64,000 bases of DNA. It comes from Mytilus edulis (lineage: Eukaryota). The position numbers and the translations under genes were made by a program. A model generated the notes under the pieces. It was not told the DNA's origin and did no database searches. It saw only the letters and a program-made list of their open reading frames with translations. Below are positions 27,301 to 42,300 of this stretch, in pieces. Within the stretch, counting starts at the first letter, position 1. Each line of letters begins with the position of its first letter. The stretch covers positions 46,872,001 to 46,936,000 of the forward strand of contig NC_092348.1 in assembly GCF_963676685.1 (NCBI RefSeq). Direction: 5' to 3'.

Positions 27301-30300
27301 CGCTGTAGCTCAACTGGCTCACTATAGTGTTGCTCTTTCAGCTATATATATCTTAAGAAACGAAGCTCTCTTAGCTCTCTGGCTCTTCCGTTTCTCTCGA
27401 TGCAGCTCACTTATAGCTTCATGTAATTCTTCTGCTAAGTTTCAGTCATTGGAAAGACTTGAACAGTGAATCCAATGTTTGGAACAATAAACAGGTATTT
27501 ATTTTATCACTTATACGTGTGATCTGATCGTAATACAGACCCTGACTGACTGCTGATGGCTGTTTATATACCCCTGGATGATTGGGATATACCACTATTG
27601 GACAATACCATTATCCTATATTGCCTAGTAACGAGGGTGTGTCAACCCTGGATGAGTCCACCTTTATTGGACTGTGACATATTAAGCATATCTTAGTAAC
27701 AAGGGATGTCAAGTAATGAAACGATAATATATTATCTCAAGGAATATATTACGGTACCCGATGACCATAAAAATACCAATTATATTGCTATGACATCTCA
27801 CGCTGAAGATTCGTTATACAAGTTCACTCATTTGCCAGTTTATAAAATAGCAATAGAGCATAACTACTTGAATTGGAATATAAGTTATAATATATTTGTT
27901 TGCACAAAAGGGGTCATTTTTTCTCATAGAACAATATATCTATCTGGTATGAAATGGTAAAAACATGTCCAAGAATTTAGTAATATTCCTGGACTTAAAC
28001 CATGTTAACACATTTACTTTAACAGTTTAATATTATTCAAAATAAGTGAACCCCTCTTTAAGAAAAATTTGTTTAGAACATGATGTAAGTCTCCTCTTTT
28101 CGTGTACAAAATTCTAAGTGTTCAAAGGTTTTGTATAGAAGAACTATACAAATCCTTGGTATTTTTATTTTCTTTTCTACATCAGTAAAATGACCCCTTG
28201 TCTGAGGGAGGGTTGCTCTCAACCTGATAATAACAAACAGAGGTCAAAGTACGGCCTTTTACACAGGGCTTTGATGCAGACCAAACAGCAAGCTATAAAG
28301 GACCCCAAAATTATTAGCCTACACAATTCGAACAGGAAAACCAACGATCTAAGTTATATATCCAAACGGGAAAATACCAATGAACAACATCAACAAACGA
28401 TAACTGCTGAACGACATGCTTCTGAATCAATCAGGACAGGTGCATAAACATGCACCGGCTATGGATAGTTTTGTTTCGCCAGCATACAATATAATTGCAG
28501 TTGAAGGCAAATCCTTCAGAAGTTCTTTGTACTTTATTCTAACAACGATCATTTTGTTTAGGGAATATAAGTACGGGGAAAAGAAACCAATTTTTTGTTC
28601 TTCTGACACGGAAATACCCGCTGTTATAACTTTTTATCGGAGCACTCCAGGTTTCATGCTGAAACAAATATTCTCACAGATATTTACACAGTGTGGTGGG
28701 GTGCTTTTATGTTTAAAATCGTTATATACAGGTTAGACTGTGATAAATTTAACAAATGTTGATATCTTTTTATAATATTTACAAAAAAACGGTGCGGGAA
28801 ATGGACATGATTACAATTCCGGATGCGGGAAGCGGGAATATAAAAAAAATAAAAAAAATTCTGTTTTGAAAAAAATAGGTTCGAGCGGGTCCGTCGAACA
28901 AGAGATCAAATTGGTGTGGCCTAACTACTTGAATTGGAAAGTAAAATATAGTCCGAAATAATGCAAGTTATCAAATGATTAACCTCACTGTAACTTTAAT
29001 AAAATGTAATTTATTAATATTATGAAGTTAAAGGTAAGTATTAAGACGGATAAAGAAATTGTAACTGTACCTTTTAATTCTAATGTTCTGCTGTTAGGGT
29101 TCAAATACGAAAGGGGACAGTAAATACTGACTTTGCCTTTTTAATGCATAGTCGTTCCAAAGCCATTCGTCACAGTTCTCAGTTAAACTATTATTCAGCA
29201 GAGGACTATAAGTTATAACTTATTATACAGTTGTATGTATTTTTAAATACAAGTATGGAATGAGAATGAATCAGCCATGTATGCACATAGAAGGTCGTCT
29301 AAAAGAAGACTAGCGAAATAGAAACTTGGACAGACATTGGAAAAAAAGATTTTGTTGGAAAACAACATAGCGTTTCCCTTGAACATCTAGGAACGGATCC
29401 TGAACTGTTGTGAAGTTCTGTCTTTAACATGACAATAACATGTTGTTTAACCTACACGGCACATCTGAGTATCTTTTGTAATGTTTCATTTCAGAATAGG
29501 CCAAAAGTACCACTTTTCGATTGCAGTAATGGATGGAAGAAGCTCAGAGTAACACATTTACGCACGCCTATCTAATCTTCATATTTTTTAATTTTTATAG
29601 TGTGTGATATGGGAATCTCGGCAGAAAGGTTAATTATTAAAAGACATTGAACTGTATACTCTCTTTACGGATATTTGAAGTGGAATCTTTATATAGTCGG
29701 CATGCTTCCCCAACAGACTAAATTGTTTTTAATTTATTACATTTTTTGTATACATTTAAAATATGGATATACATATCTAGAAAAGTGGGTATATGTTTAC
29801 ATTAATTATATATCCATGTTATAAAACGCTCCTTTATTTATATTTTTGAAAACGTAGATAGTGCAGTAATCAAAGACCTTACTATCGACGGTGAAAATTT
29901 TACAATTCCTGAAAATGTAGAAACACGAATTGCTTGTGAAATTGATGGTGTTCCTAAGCCTATTGGACGCTTGTTTTATAATGACGAAGAGAAACTAAGT
30001 TCTGGAAATCCAATTGTTTACGATATGGTTCCTTTGTGTAATGATACTGGGAATTATACATGTGCAGCTGAGAATTCCATAGGAAAGGCCAATCAAACTA
30101 AAGAACTGTTTGTATTGTGTAAGTATTGAATCGGTTGATGCCTGAATAATAATGAGTACGTGTTTTAAAGTTATATTGATGGTGCTGTTATTTAGCAGTT
30201 GATCTATTCATATCGAGGCAGAAGACATTAAGATAGTAACTAACGGACGAAATTAATAATTTATCAAAATATCGTCAGAAAAATCTAGTTTAACCGTTTT

Positions 30301-33300
30301 GACAATTGTATTCTTTATTAATGAGCAATTTAAATTCTGTTGGTTGCTTTATAATGATAAAAGTACTATGCAACAAAGAATTAATTGTAACTTTTTATTT
30401 TTTTAAATTTAGTATACGACTACGGATTAGTTTTAATTTTATAAAATTCTTTCCGTTACGTACTGTTCTATTGCAATATGAATGCTTCGTGTATCTGGTT
30501 TGTTTTAAACATTTAAGTTCCTTCTCAAACAAACTTTGATATGTGTATACTGTTTTAGGTTCACCTAGACCAGTCGCTAGACTACAATCAAGAATTGCAG
30601 TCGGCAATGATAGTATTTTGGAAATAAATGTGATATTTTTGTCTTACCCTAAGCCAAAGATATCTTGGACTTTTATTAAAAATGGTTCCAATGAAATAGT
30701 GAGATCAAATAATACAATTGGCATATATCAACATGTATCATCAATTTATATTACTGATATGAAGACATCTCAGTATGGAATGTACGTTCTGAAAGTAACA
30801 AATGGAATTCCAAATGATCTAAAGCACACATTTGAGGTCTTGTCACAACGTAAGTAATAACAGTGGTAGGCATACAGAGCTGATTCGTCTCATCTTGACT
30901 ACGTTTTAAAGCTTTACCTAAATTCACAGTTTAACAGCTTTATGTGTTTTATTTGAAATATAAACAATAATTCTAAAAAGATAAAAAATATATATATATA
31001 TCTATAAACACCAGATGGTAGCCTTACATTTATGCGACAAGCATACAAATAAAGAAGTCTAGCTAGTTAAAAAACAGGTTTGTTCCATGCACCATTTATA
31101 CACAAGGAAAGGCCATTTCCAAGTCAGGAATATAACAGTTGTTTTCTATTTTGTCTGGTGTGTTTGATTTTTTTATTTAATCATTTGAACTTTCCGTTTT
31201 TAATTTTCCTTGAATTTGGATAAAATGGACACGCATTCCAAAAACAAAACTAAAATTGGTTGAACAAAATAAAGGTTACATAATGTTATATTAATTCGTA
31301 CTGGTAGGATATTTCTTTGGATATTGGCCCAATATATTTTGCTTACATCTTGCTGTTAACTTTTATAAAATATAGTGTATACACATGGTGTCAAAAGCAG
31401 ATGTCTTAGTGTGAAAAATACCTTATTCATGAAATTGAAAAATAAACTGTTTTGTATATCAGATGGATCCAATGTTATGATTATAAATAAACTCATCATA
31501 GAGACCATGCAGTCGTTTTTTCCCCCTTTTCATGCAAACAGAGAACCGTATCACAACCGGTAAATACATAGATCACAATATGTGCGTGTGATCCTCATCG
31601 CTAGTGCATTTAAATTGATAGCTATTTATCCAAAGCTTTACACACAATCCATAGTTCGTCTAACCTATATAACGGAATAGCGAAACAGTAATGACAGCAT
31701 CATCAGTAACGACTGTTCGAATAATGACTTGTTTAAGTTCGTGTTTCACCGTATCAGACACATGCACCATGATTCTAGTGTCAGCTGTTTAATGTGAATA
31801 TGGTGCTTAACTTGAAATACATCACGTGGTGGTTAAGATAGAATATCATGAACATGTGTTGCTACAACTACCATATGCATCAAAGACTTCATCCACTCTT
31901 GTAACAGTTTAATATTTTTTTTATAATACTTGTTATGAATCACCTTAAAACTTTAACAACAGTGGATGTAGTCTCGGATGCGTACATAGACAATACCGGT
32001 AGTCTGAAGGCTGCTACAAGAAACAAGAGCTACATTTAGGGGAAAGGGAATACATAGACGAATCCTGGGAACTGTAACAACAGTGAATATAGTCTAGGAT
32101 GCGTACATAAACAATACCGGTAGTCTAAAGGCTGCTACTATAAACAAGGGCTACATTTAGGGGAAAGGGAATACATAGACGAATCCTGGGAACTGTAACA
32201 ACAGTGAATATAGTCTAGGATGCGTACATAAACAATACCGGTAGTCTAAAGGCTGCTACTATAAACAAGGGCTACATTTAGGGCAAAGGGAATACATAGA
32301 CGAATCTAGGAACTGCAACAACAGTGGATGTAGTCTAGGATGCGTTCATAGACAATACCCACAGGCACTCGTCTCAGAAACAAAATTTTCCTATATACCT
32401 TTATATAACACAGATATTTAGGAATAATTTTTTTTCTGAGACGAATGCCTGTGACAATACCGGTAGTTTGAATGCTGCTACAAATAACAAGAGCTACATT
32501 TAGGGGAAAGGGAATACATAGACGAATACTGGGTCATAACAAATTTCTTAAAATTTGAAAAATTTTATGAGAGATGACGACATTAAGAAAGAACTTTTTA
32601 GTTTTTATTCACAGGAGCTTGTCCAATTGATTTCGAGGAAAAGTTAGTTGTAGCAACAAATGCTCAGGTTGTTCTGTGTTATCTACCAGATAATGGCATT
32701 TCAAGTAAAACCTCGTGTTAAAAAGAAGATGCTTACACTAGAATCAAGATACATGTGTCTGGTGCAGTGATACACAGACTTAACTGGGTCATGACTCGAA
32801 CAGTCGATACTGATGTTGCTGTCATTGCTATTTTGTAATTCCGTGACATAGGGACAGTAGAAATTTGGCTTGCATTTGGAAGTGGGAAAAGCTTTAGATA
32901 TATATCTATCCATGACCTTTCAAAGGCACGTTTATTTGAAAGGGAACTTCGTTGTTGACATGGATGGCGTTTGAAGATGTGACTTTATGATTTAGAATGG
33001 TGATTGATCATCTAACATCACCAAATATGGATTTGATAATGTCATTGACAAAACGATACGTGGTTTTGTAGTCAGATCGAACAAACTTATCAGATGGGGT
33101 TTACGAAGCAAGAAAACATGTTTTTCAAAGAGGAAAGACTTATTGATGCTATTTGAACGAATCGGTCTATTTTTTCAGCATGTAAAACATGCAATGTACC
33201 ATTGCGGGTGTGGATGAGTATAACAAGCTTGGAATTGCTTCATATCCTTACTAGTCCAGAAGCTAATAAATGGCGAAGGAAAAATATAATCCATTGAATT

Positions 33301-36300
33301 TCTTTTGGACAACTCTTTGTGAGGCCTCTTCACCTTATCAGGAGATTGTACATTATTGATGTTAGAAACAATACCACGGTCTTTGTAAATGAGGAAAATC
33401 AGCTCTCCGATTGTTGATAAACATGTATTTGCGGCCATAAATCAGTACTTTTAAAGATGTTTTAGTACTTAAGTGATTTATCTTATTTAAATGAATCTAT
33501 CCAAAACTCTACATCGCAGATATTGACTGAGGACTCATCTTTGAAATTTGCGCCATATTGGTTTTATTTACCGGAAGTGTTTACTTTGTATTTGAGCATT
33601 AACTATAGAATAGAATAAGTGGTTTAGAGGATAAAAGCCAAAAGTTTAATGACCAGTACATAAAAAAAATGTGTTCCTTACATTTTGATAAAAAGTTTAA
33701 TATCAAAATGAAATAATGATATTTCTATGTCTGCCATTTTAAATATTACCGGAAGTGAGGGTTTTTAAGACATATGTCTTATACGTTGTATCCCTTAGAA
33801 GCATCAAAGAAAGATTCCTACAGAATTTGATTGTAGTAGCAATACGTTAAAACACATTTCAATCGCCCTCCCTAAAAAAAGGCTTATTTTAGTACAATGT
33901 CCGCCATGTTGCATTTTACCTGAAGTAGGGTTTTTAAAGACATCTAATCTATAATATATATCCAAAAGTAGTACATAACAAAGGTTTGTACAAAATATTA
34001 TTATAACAGCATGATAAAAACATCTTTTCACACACTGGCCTCTAATATTTAGCTGATTTAAGTACGATGTCCGCCATTTTGGATTTTACCGGAAGTTAGA
34101 CATTTTTTTAAAGTGCCTCCCTATCTGAAATAAAAGAGTAATAGTTGAGGAAGGTCTATGCCAAATTTCATGCTTGAAGCAGGATGTGCACAATTTTTCA
34201 CAAAGCTGCCGTACTATTTCAGGTTTCCTGCTACAATCGTAATACTTGTCTTTACTATTTTTGTTCCGTTCTATATTAATCGAAATGTCTGATATATGTC
34301 CGATGAAGGTTTTTAGTCAGGATTTAAATTCATTAACATGATCTCCCCATCAATGCGGCACCTAATTTTATAAATCGTGAAAAATTGGAGTCATTGTATG
34401 GATGCTGCATTGTCGATTCAGATCTTGAAATCCGTTTTATTTCTCCAAAAAGTATGAACCCGTAAAAAAACATACACATGTACAAGCACCTATTACCAAT
34501 ATCATTTCAACTGATCGGGCGGAGCTTACATTTTAATTTACATGAGAACAGTTAACTCGAAGATGTGTGTGATACGGATGATGAACGTTTTAGTTAAAGT
34601 TGATTTCTAATCACCTAAGTGTCACAAAACCGATTTACAATTTAACTGAGTGTATGATTTGTGACGAATAACTGGACACTTCATTCATGAGTTCATCCCG
34701 AAAATTCTGTTCATAGATGGACTGGTCTTAGATTTTACACCGCACAGTCAAGTGAAATAAATTAAGTTATACCTTAAATTTCAAAGGCCTTGGAAACAGA
34801 AGAAAATAATTATACCGACTTGACAATTTTTACCTTCTCTCATAAAGAGTCTATTTCTTGTGTTCCTATTTCTTTATAATTTCTAATGGATGAGCCTGTG
34901 TGTGTATGAGTGTGCTCTTGTCTATTTTCATTGTTTATTAACAGATATGGTAATTATAATAGAAAAATAAACACAATGCATTTATGGTGAACAATTGTAC
35001 GTTATCGTTGGTATCTTATTATCTTAAAGGTGCTTACTGGGGTTGAAATGCACAGTTGTGCTAATCAGTCTTTCTCATCGTCATGTCTTTTTCAACATAT
35101 TGATTGCATTGCTTCGCTTGAAAATGAAAAGATCGAAATATGCAATTTGAATATCATCCAAAAAATATGTGTATACATACATGAACTGTATGGACCATGT
35201 GAATGTATGTCTTCGTAAAATATGAAATATAAGGTAAAAGGAATACAATCACAAGTATTGTCTTTTAACATACGTTTAACTAACCTGACGTGTTTCTGTT
35301 TTAACGAAAAGTTTTCATTATGTATATATATATTTGTGCGTGCTGTAATTTTTCATATCATTATATAGATTCACCGACGATTCTGAGATTGGAAATTTTA
35401 AACGGTAATATTGTTGATGAACAACAATCTGTTGACTTTCTGTGTGAAGTAAATGGTTACCCGGTACCAGACATAAGTTGGATATTGTCTAGCACTAACA
35501 CAGTTTTAAAAAAAGATGAACATGTTTTCAAAAGCAACTATTTAATCCCGAAAGCTAATTGTCTACATACTGGATCTTATCGTTGTCAAGGCATTAACGT
35601 AATTGATGGAGAATTAGTAAATGCATTCAGCGAAATTGATTTGTTTGTTCTCTGTGAGTACATATTATAATTATAGTGTTTAAGCACTGCATGTTCACTA
35701 TAAAATTTATATACATTAAAGGACTTCTTATGAGATCATTTCAGTAACCAAAACGTTCATTGTTACATGTGATGCAATTTAGGCGTATTGCATACCTTAA
35801 ATATTTCGCCATAAACAACTTATGTATATTTCTATACCGCCTAGTCGTTTTGATTTGAGAAAATGTTTCATACTTTGAAATGAGGTTATGATAAAGTTGA
35901 ATATGAGATGTGTTTTTTTATGTTATAAAGAGGAACATCGTTGGATACAGACATACAAATCTAGCTATTGTTTTCGAATTAAAATCACGCTACCGGATTT
36001 TCCGAACACATTTTAATAGTCTTTGCTCAATGTATCAATATTGTAATTAAATTTTTTTCGCGGAATTTTGATGCCTTATATTACTGGCTTGAACTAATGC
36101 CGTTGTCCATTGATACAATTGTAGGGTCTATTTTTTTCAAAACCAAGTTGTCACTTACAGCCCTGCATATGAATATATATACATTATATATTATGTAAAC
36201 TGACTGAATAAATAGCCAACGATAAATCTCAAGGGGCGATGGATCATATAAATATGATACAGTACACTACAAAATATATTATATAACCAGTCTAAAAGGG

Positions 36301-39300
36301 TACAACATCACCAAAAATAAACAGCTGCGCAATGAGCGCATGATACGCCCGACGTCTTGTGTGGAAGTTTTATGCAATAATCATAAATAGTTTCTGAGAA
36401 AGTTTTAAGCAATAACCATTTATTGTTTTTGAGACACGGCTGGACATGTGAAACCTCCCGACCCTGTTTTTTTTTTTACAAATATCACTAAAATAAAATT
36501 TTGAATCGAACCAAAAAGTATACAGATCTTTAGATTAATATAACAAAGAAGTGTGTACAGTTTCAAGCAATAATCATGAATCGTTTTTGAGGTACGGCAC
36601 GACATGTAAAAAAAACCTCCCCCTTTTTTACAAAATACTCAATTACTCGAAAAATGAAATTTTGAGTCATCACCAAAAAGTATACAGATCTTCAGATTAA
36701 TATAACAAAGAAGTTTGTAAAGTTTTAAGCAATAATCATGAATCGTTTTTGAGGTACGGCGCGACATGTAAAAAAAACCCTCCCCCTTTTTTACAAAATA
36801 CTCAATAACTCAAAAATGAAATTTTGAATCATCACCAAAAAGTATACAGATCTTTAGATTAATATAACAAAGAAGTTTGTAAAGTTTTAAGCAATAATCA
36901 TAAATCGCTTTTGAGATACGGCGCGACATGTAAAAAACCCCTTCCCCTTTTTTACAAAATACTCAATAACTCAAAAATGAAATTTCGAATCATCACCAAA
37001 AAGTATACAGATATTAAGATTAATATAATTAAGAAGTGAGTAAAATTTTAAGCAATTATCAAGAATAGTTTTTTAGATACGGTGCGACATGTGAAAAAAA
37101 AACACACCACTGTTTTAGTTACAAAGTGCCGTAACTCAAAAAGTTTATTTCTTATTTTCACCAAAAAGTATACAGATCATTTGACCATCATAAAAAACAA
37201 CTACATTAAGTTTCATGAAATTTAGATAAGTCGTTCTCAAGTTACGGTGCGACATGTTTACGCCGGACAGACAGACGAACAGACGGACAGACAGAAGGAC
37301 AGACGGACGGACGGACAGACTGACGGACACCGGACATTTGTATACCATAATACGTCCCGGCAAAATCTAGACGTATAAAAATAACAATAAAATGAACAAA
37401 TGTAACGCAGATATTTCAGAAAACAGATATCCGTCTTCAGTATGACCCCGATGTAAAATGAATCATGCCAATCTATCCTAATTATAACACTATCACAATC
37501 TTGAATTTATACACCAAAAAAAACCAGTTTTAGCGAACACTGGTACAATTTTTAAATTTCCAAACACGACACAAAGACTGCACAGATATGCAAAAATAAA
37601 AACAGTTCTTTGCGATATGAATTGGCACAACTCTAAAATTCCAAAGGTGAAGACAGTTAGGATATTACAACAACTGCGTGGGAAAACAGTCCAAATAAAC
37701 AGCTCTGACTGATCTTAGTTGGTGTAATATTGACCTTTTTTGCTCTGATGTTTAATAATCGAAGAATGCAAAAGACACCCATACTACCATAAGTTGTTTA
37801 ATTTTTCCTCTAAAGAACTGTAAAAGATGTAAAATCCGTTTTTTGATTCAGGCAGTACACGTATAGATCAAAGATACTCAGAGGAAATTGAAGATATTGC
37901 AGTTATGGAAAGTGGTGATTTGAATATTAGAGTATTTATCCTAGCTTACCCTGAACCTATAATCATTTGGACTATGAGACGTTCTGACACAGGACAATAT
38001 TATACAGTAAACTATACTAATTCATTTAACAGGGTCGAACATATTTCAACTGTGAATATAACCGAAGTTTCAACAAAAGACTATGGCGTTTATACAATTA
38101 TTGCATTTAACAAAATAGGGCCTCCATATGTTAAATCCTTCACAGTGAAGCCACTAGGTAAGTACGTGAAATAGGTATTTAATCCTCTACCACCTAATGA
38201 AAATATATAACCTATTCTCATATGCACAACACAATCTATCTTAGGTTATAAACAATCCTTTTTTATGTCATAAGACTGCTAATCTTGCCTGTTATTGTTT
38301 CCTGTTATTAACTGGCTGTGGATGTTTTGATTCGAGCAAAATTGATGGCGTTTATTCAGGAAGAAAAATCTGTAAATGACTTGGTATATTATAAAAAGTA
38401 TGTTATATTTTTTTCCAATTAACTTGGCAACTCTGAAATATAGAACAAAAGCACAGTTACGTGTTGCTCCTTGGTATTGAATACAAGATCGATATATATG
38501 GTCAAATTTTTTTTCTGTTACTTATTGAACAATTCTCTATTACTTTATATTTTAGCAATGAAAATCTTTGGACACCAAACCGCATTTTATATATGTTTTA
38601 TCAGGACGTATTAACCCAAAAGTACATATTGGCCGATGACAAAATCCGATTGTCAATATTATATGACAGGTTAATATATAACGTAGTGACTGATTGAAAG
38701 TTCAAGTAAAAGTTTAAATAATGTGTTAGGAAAATGACGTCCAATGTTCTTTCTGCGTATTTTCAAATTGTATTTTGCAAGAATTATAACATGTTATTGA
38801 CAATATCAATATTCTTAAGAACGTCATAGGTTGTTGAATTAGCTTTCTTGTATTTCGAAGCACCTGAGATCACCCTCAGATTTTGGTGGGGTTCGTGTTG
38901 CTTAATCTTTAGTTTTCTATGTTGTTTCTTGTTTACTATTATTTGTCTGTTTGTCTTTTTAATTTCTAGCCATGGCTTTGTCAGTTTATTTTCGATTTAC
39001 GAGTTTGACTATTCCTCTGGTAACTTTCGCCTCTCTTGTTTTCTTAGCATCTACATTTAACATAAAATTCCTGAGATATCCAGTGAAAAACTTTCAAATT
39101 TTCTTTTTGTCTGCAGCGGCGCTTCCAGCACCGTGGTTGTTGTGTGTGACGTCATAGGGTCATAATTCTAAACTTAGCAGGATTATTTCATATTGACCAC
39201 CAATAAATATATAAATGGAAACATAGCGTTCAAATACGTAAGAATAGAAACAAGGTTCCGGATACGTAAAATAACCTTTGAAATGCGTGATCGTAATGTC

Positions 39301-42300
39301 ATATGAAAATAGTAAAATGCTACACCATATGTAAAATAGGTATATATTTTGGCACGACCAGACAAAACAATAGTATGTTATTTTTTCAGGTTCAAATAAC
39401 AAATCGGAGAATAATATATTCAAGAGTATTGGTGCAAGCGTAGGCGCATCCTTTTTTATATTAATAGTGGCAGGTCTGACGGTATTTGTTTTAAAGACTA
39501 TGAAAAGAAGGGCATACATTAAAAAAGGTAACATGACTTCATGTCAGTTGATATTAATGAAGATTAAAGTTTTCTGAATTAATAAAGTTCTTGTGAGATT
39601 TCTTCATTGCATTAACATTTCACAGTTTTCATAAAAGAGAACACACTATTCTTGTAGTAATGATTTTTTGTTAAACAAATTAGTATATAAGGTTAGTCTT
39701 TCCATTCAAAAAAGGGGTTGGCGAGGAGTTGGAATATTACAAGAAATATATATACAGTTACCTAGTGTAAAAATCATGAACGCTACCTAATCCAGTTAAA
39801 GTTTGTTATAAGAAATACGTTTGACATATTTAAAAGAAATAAAAGTCCAAATATAAAATGTTCTGCTTTTATAAAAACTAAACCGGAACAAACTGATGTT
39901 TAGGTATGTTGTATGGAGTTTTTTCTATCACTATATTCGTTAAATTTGTCATGGATTCAATTATTAAGCTTATAAGGTTGACTCACATTTCTGTCTTAGT
40001 GTTCAAATCATGTTTATTTCAACTTTTTTATTTTTAACAAAGACTTATTTTGATTTGATTAGTCATTTTGAAGAAAAAACTTTAAATTCTATTTTTGATT
40101 ATTAAATTAATTAAAAAATGTATATCAAATATTTAGAAAACAGCAAGTTGTATCAATCAACACAACCGGATACAAGGTACGTATAACCTAATATATTCAA
40201 ATAAAATGAATTGTTGCGTTGATTTTCAAATTTGTCTATTTTTCATGTAACGGTGATATAAAACTCTTAAAAGAATAAAACAGTGCAGTTGTATGACTTT
40301 TCTACATTAATATCCTGATTATATTTTGAAATCGTGTTTAACTCCATCATGTTCATAGTTGACCTTTTTTAAGAATTATCTATAACAAGATAACTGTGCA
40401 ACTTCGACGTAAAGTTAAAAAAACAAAAGATACAGTAAGAAGTTAATTCTAATTTTTATTTTCCTTGTTTACCTTCAACTTAGTTTTAATGGTGTTACTA
40501 TTCACCTGCATAGCGCAAAGAAATAACTATTTAAATAAGACAACAAGTGTTGAAGTCAAGCGATATCCAATGCTAATGAGTTAGTAAACCTATTGCTTTT
40601 ATGGTAAACATTCTCATTGTGTGAAATTCAAATTTTCTCGAATCCTTGTTCTAGTCTTTTTGAACAAACTAATGTTGATAAGTCATGTTTCCTGTTCCTG
40701 TTATTATGTTTCAAGTTGTGAAGATTCGACTTAAATACTGAAACGAGCATCCCATGAAAACATGATTCAAAATACTAGCAATAGTTATTCCATATTAGCA
40801 TAGTATTTAAAATCAAATAAAAATATTGTTTTTGTAAATATTAAGTTTTCATTATTTTAAGCTCATCTGATTACGACGAAATTGGAAGAATAAAGGACGA
40901 ACACAGTTACCAAGATTTGACTAAAGACAACAAAGGTTTGAGCAAAGTTGTCACCTGTCATCACTTTGCGTCCATTATTGGACCGTTGTTGATGATTATT
41001 TTTTATCATCTTCAGTAAAAACATTAGCCTTTCTGCAAACAAAATACCCAAAAAACACACATTCATCTTATTTTATCAATTTGAAAATGGGTGTTGATTA
41101 TTGAACCTGCACACAAACAATGAAAAAATGTCAAAGTTCAAGGTCTTTAAACTTTAGTTTGCACTTGTACTTGTTACTATAAAAATATATACCTTCAGAC
41201 TGAAACTATCAAACCGAAACTCACTGTTTCAACATCCACGAATTGAAGTTGTCAAGCAACTCCTGATAAGGTGCACTTTTCCTAAATGACGGTGTTCTCC
41301 AACTTTTTTCTCTGGATTATTATCTTGAAAATTGCTACAAAAGAATTAAAATTGAAAACTGGCAAATCATATATACAAACGAGGATCTGTATATAAATTT
41401 ACATGAATAAGCATTATTCATGAGTTTAGAGGTTTTAAAATGTGTATTCCTTAAATAGGGATTATAAAGGTAATAACATACACGGTACTAATTTTTCTCC
41501 ACCATATGCGCATTTCGACAATCAATGTCTCTTCAGTGATGCTTGAGGCCGAAATATATGAAAATCCAAAGCTTATTAAATAGATGAAAACCTATAAACC
41601 AAAGAGGACAAAAAAAGTAAAGCCAAAGCCAGGAAAGGAATCAGAGCATAACGGAGATACATTCCTTAATTTTAATTAATTTTCAAAATTTCTTAATAGC
41701 AAATTCTAATAAAACAAATTCCAAAATACTACAGTTCTGGCTACTGGGCTGGTGTTATTACCCTCGGGGACTATCACCCCAGCATCAGAGGCATCGAACA
41801 ACGTCATTCCATAAATTACATTAAAAAAGGCACGAGAAGAAACTTCATAAAGTGTAATCAGAAAATATATTTAAAAAAACGTTGCTTTACTAACTATATA
41901 CCAAAGTAGATAAAAAATATATATATATATACATTCCTTTATAAAAATTGAATTATATGAATATCATCCCCTTTCAAAGTTATATTTAAAAATTGGTCTT
42001 TGGTTGTAAAACAGACAAACTTGCACGACCTCTGCCACTTTACCGTATGTTTTCTTTTATATGTCTTGCTTAATCATAATATAAAATCCTTTTCTGTAAA
42101 TTATTCCAAAAAAATAAAGACTCCTTTTCTTAAAATAGAAAATGTTCATGGTGTATGATAAGTGTTTAAGAAAGAACATGTGAGAATGTGTATTGCTCCA
42201 TACGAAATAACATTTTAAATAGTGCACATTTATAATTTTGTTAAAAAAAAACAGAAAAAAAGAAAAAGATTTACGACACACATATAACGTGTTAAATAAT

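Larger units (their letters stand above)
31500..34216 (+). mobile_element. Decayed Academ-like DNA transposon (transposase C-terminal part and right end); left boundary approximate
   Basis: Frameshifted peptides FMRDDDIKKELFSF, RTVDTDVAVIA, IWLAFGSGKSFRYISIHD, YEARKHVF, QHVKHAMYH; subterminal ccgccatttt..ttaccggaagt repeats; terminus ...gctgccgtacta (TAG-type end). Confidence 0.72.

Noticed and set aside
28770-28924. Possible Zator-like transposon end (...ggtgtggcc-taa)
   Set aside because: No partner inverted repeat was found nearby; too little support.
31955-32532. CRISPR-like periodicity here and at 46980-47134 and 36500-37200
   Set aside because: These are head-to-tail repeats without unique spacers, in eukaryotic DNA with no cas genes.
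39170-39340. Possible FN3 exon remnant before the TM exon (FRIRKITFEMRDRNVI*)
   Set aside because: It has stops, no Trp/Tyr FN3 signature and no convincing acceptor.
39160-39534. 124 aa minus-strand hydrophobic ORF
   Set aside because: It is the antisense shadow of the TM exon and AT-rich intron.
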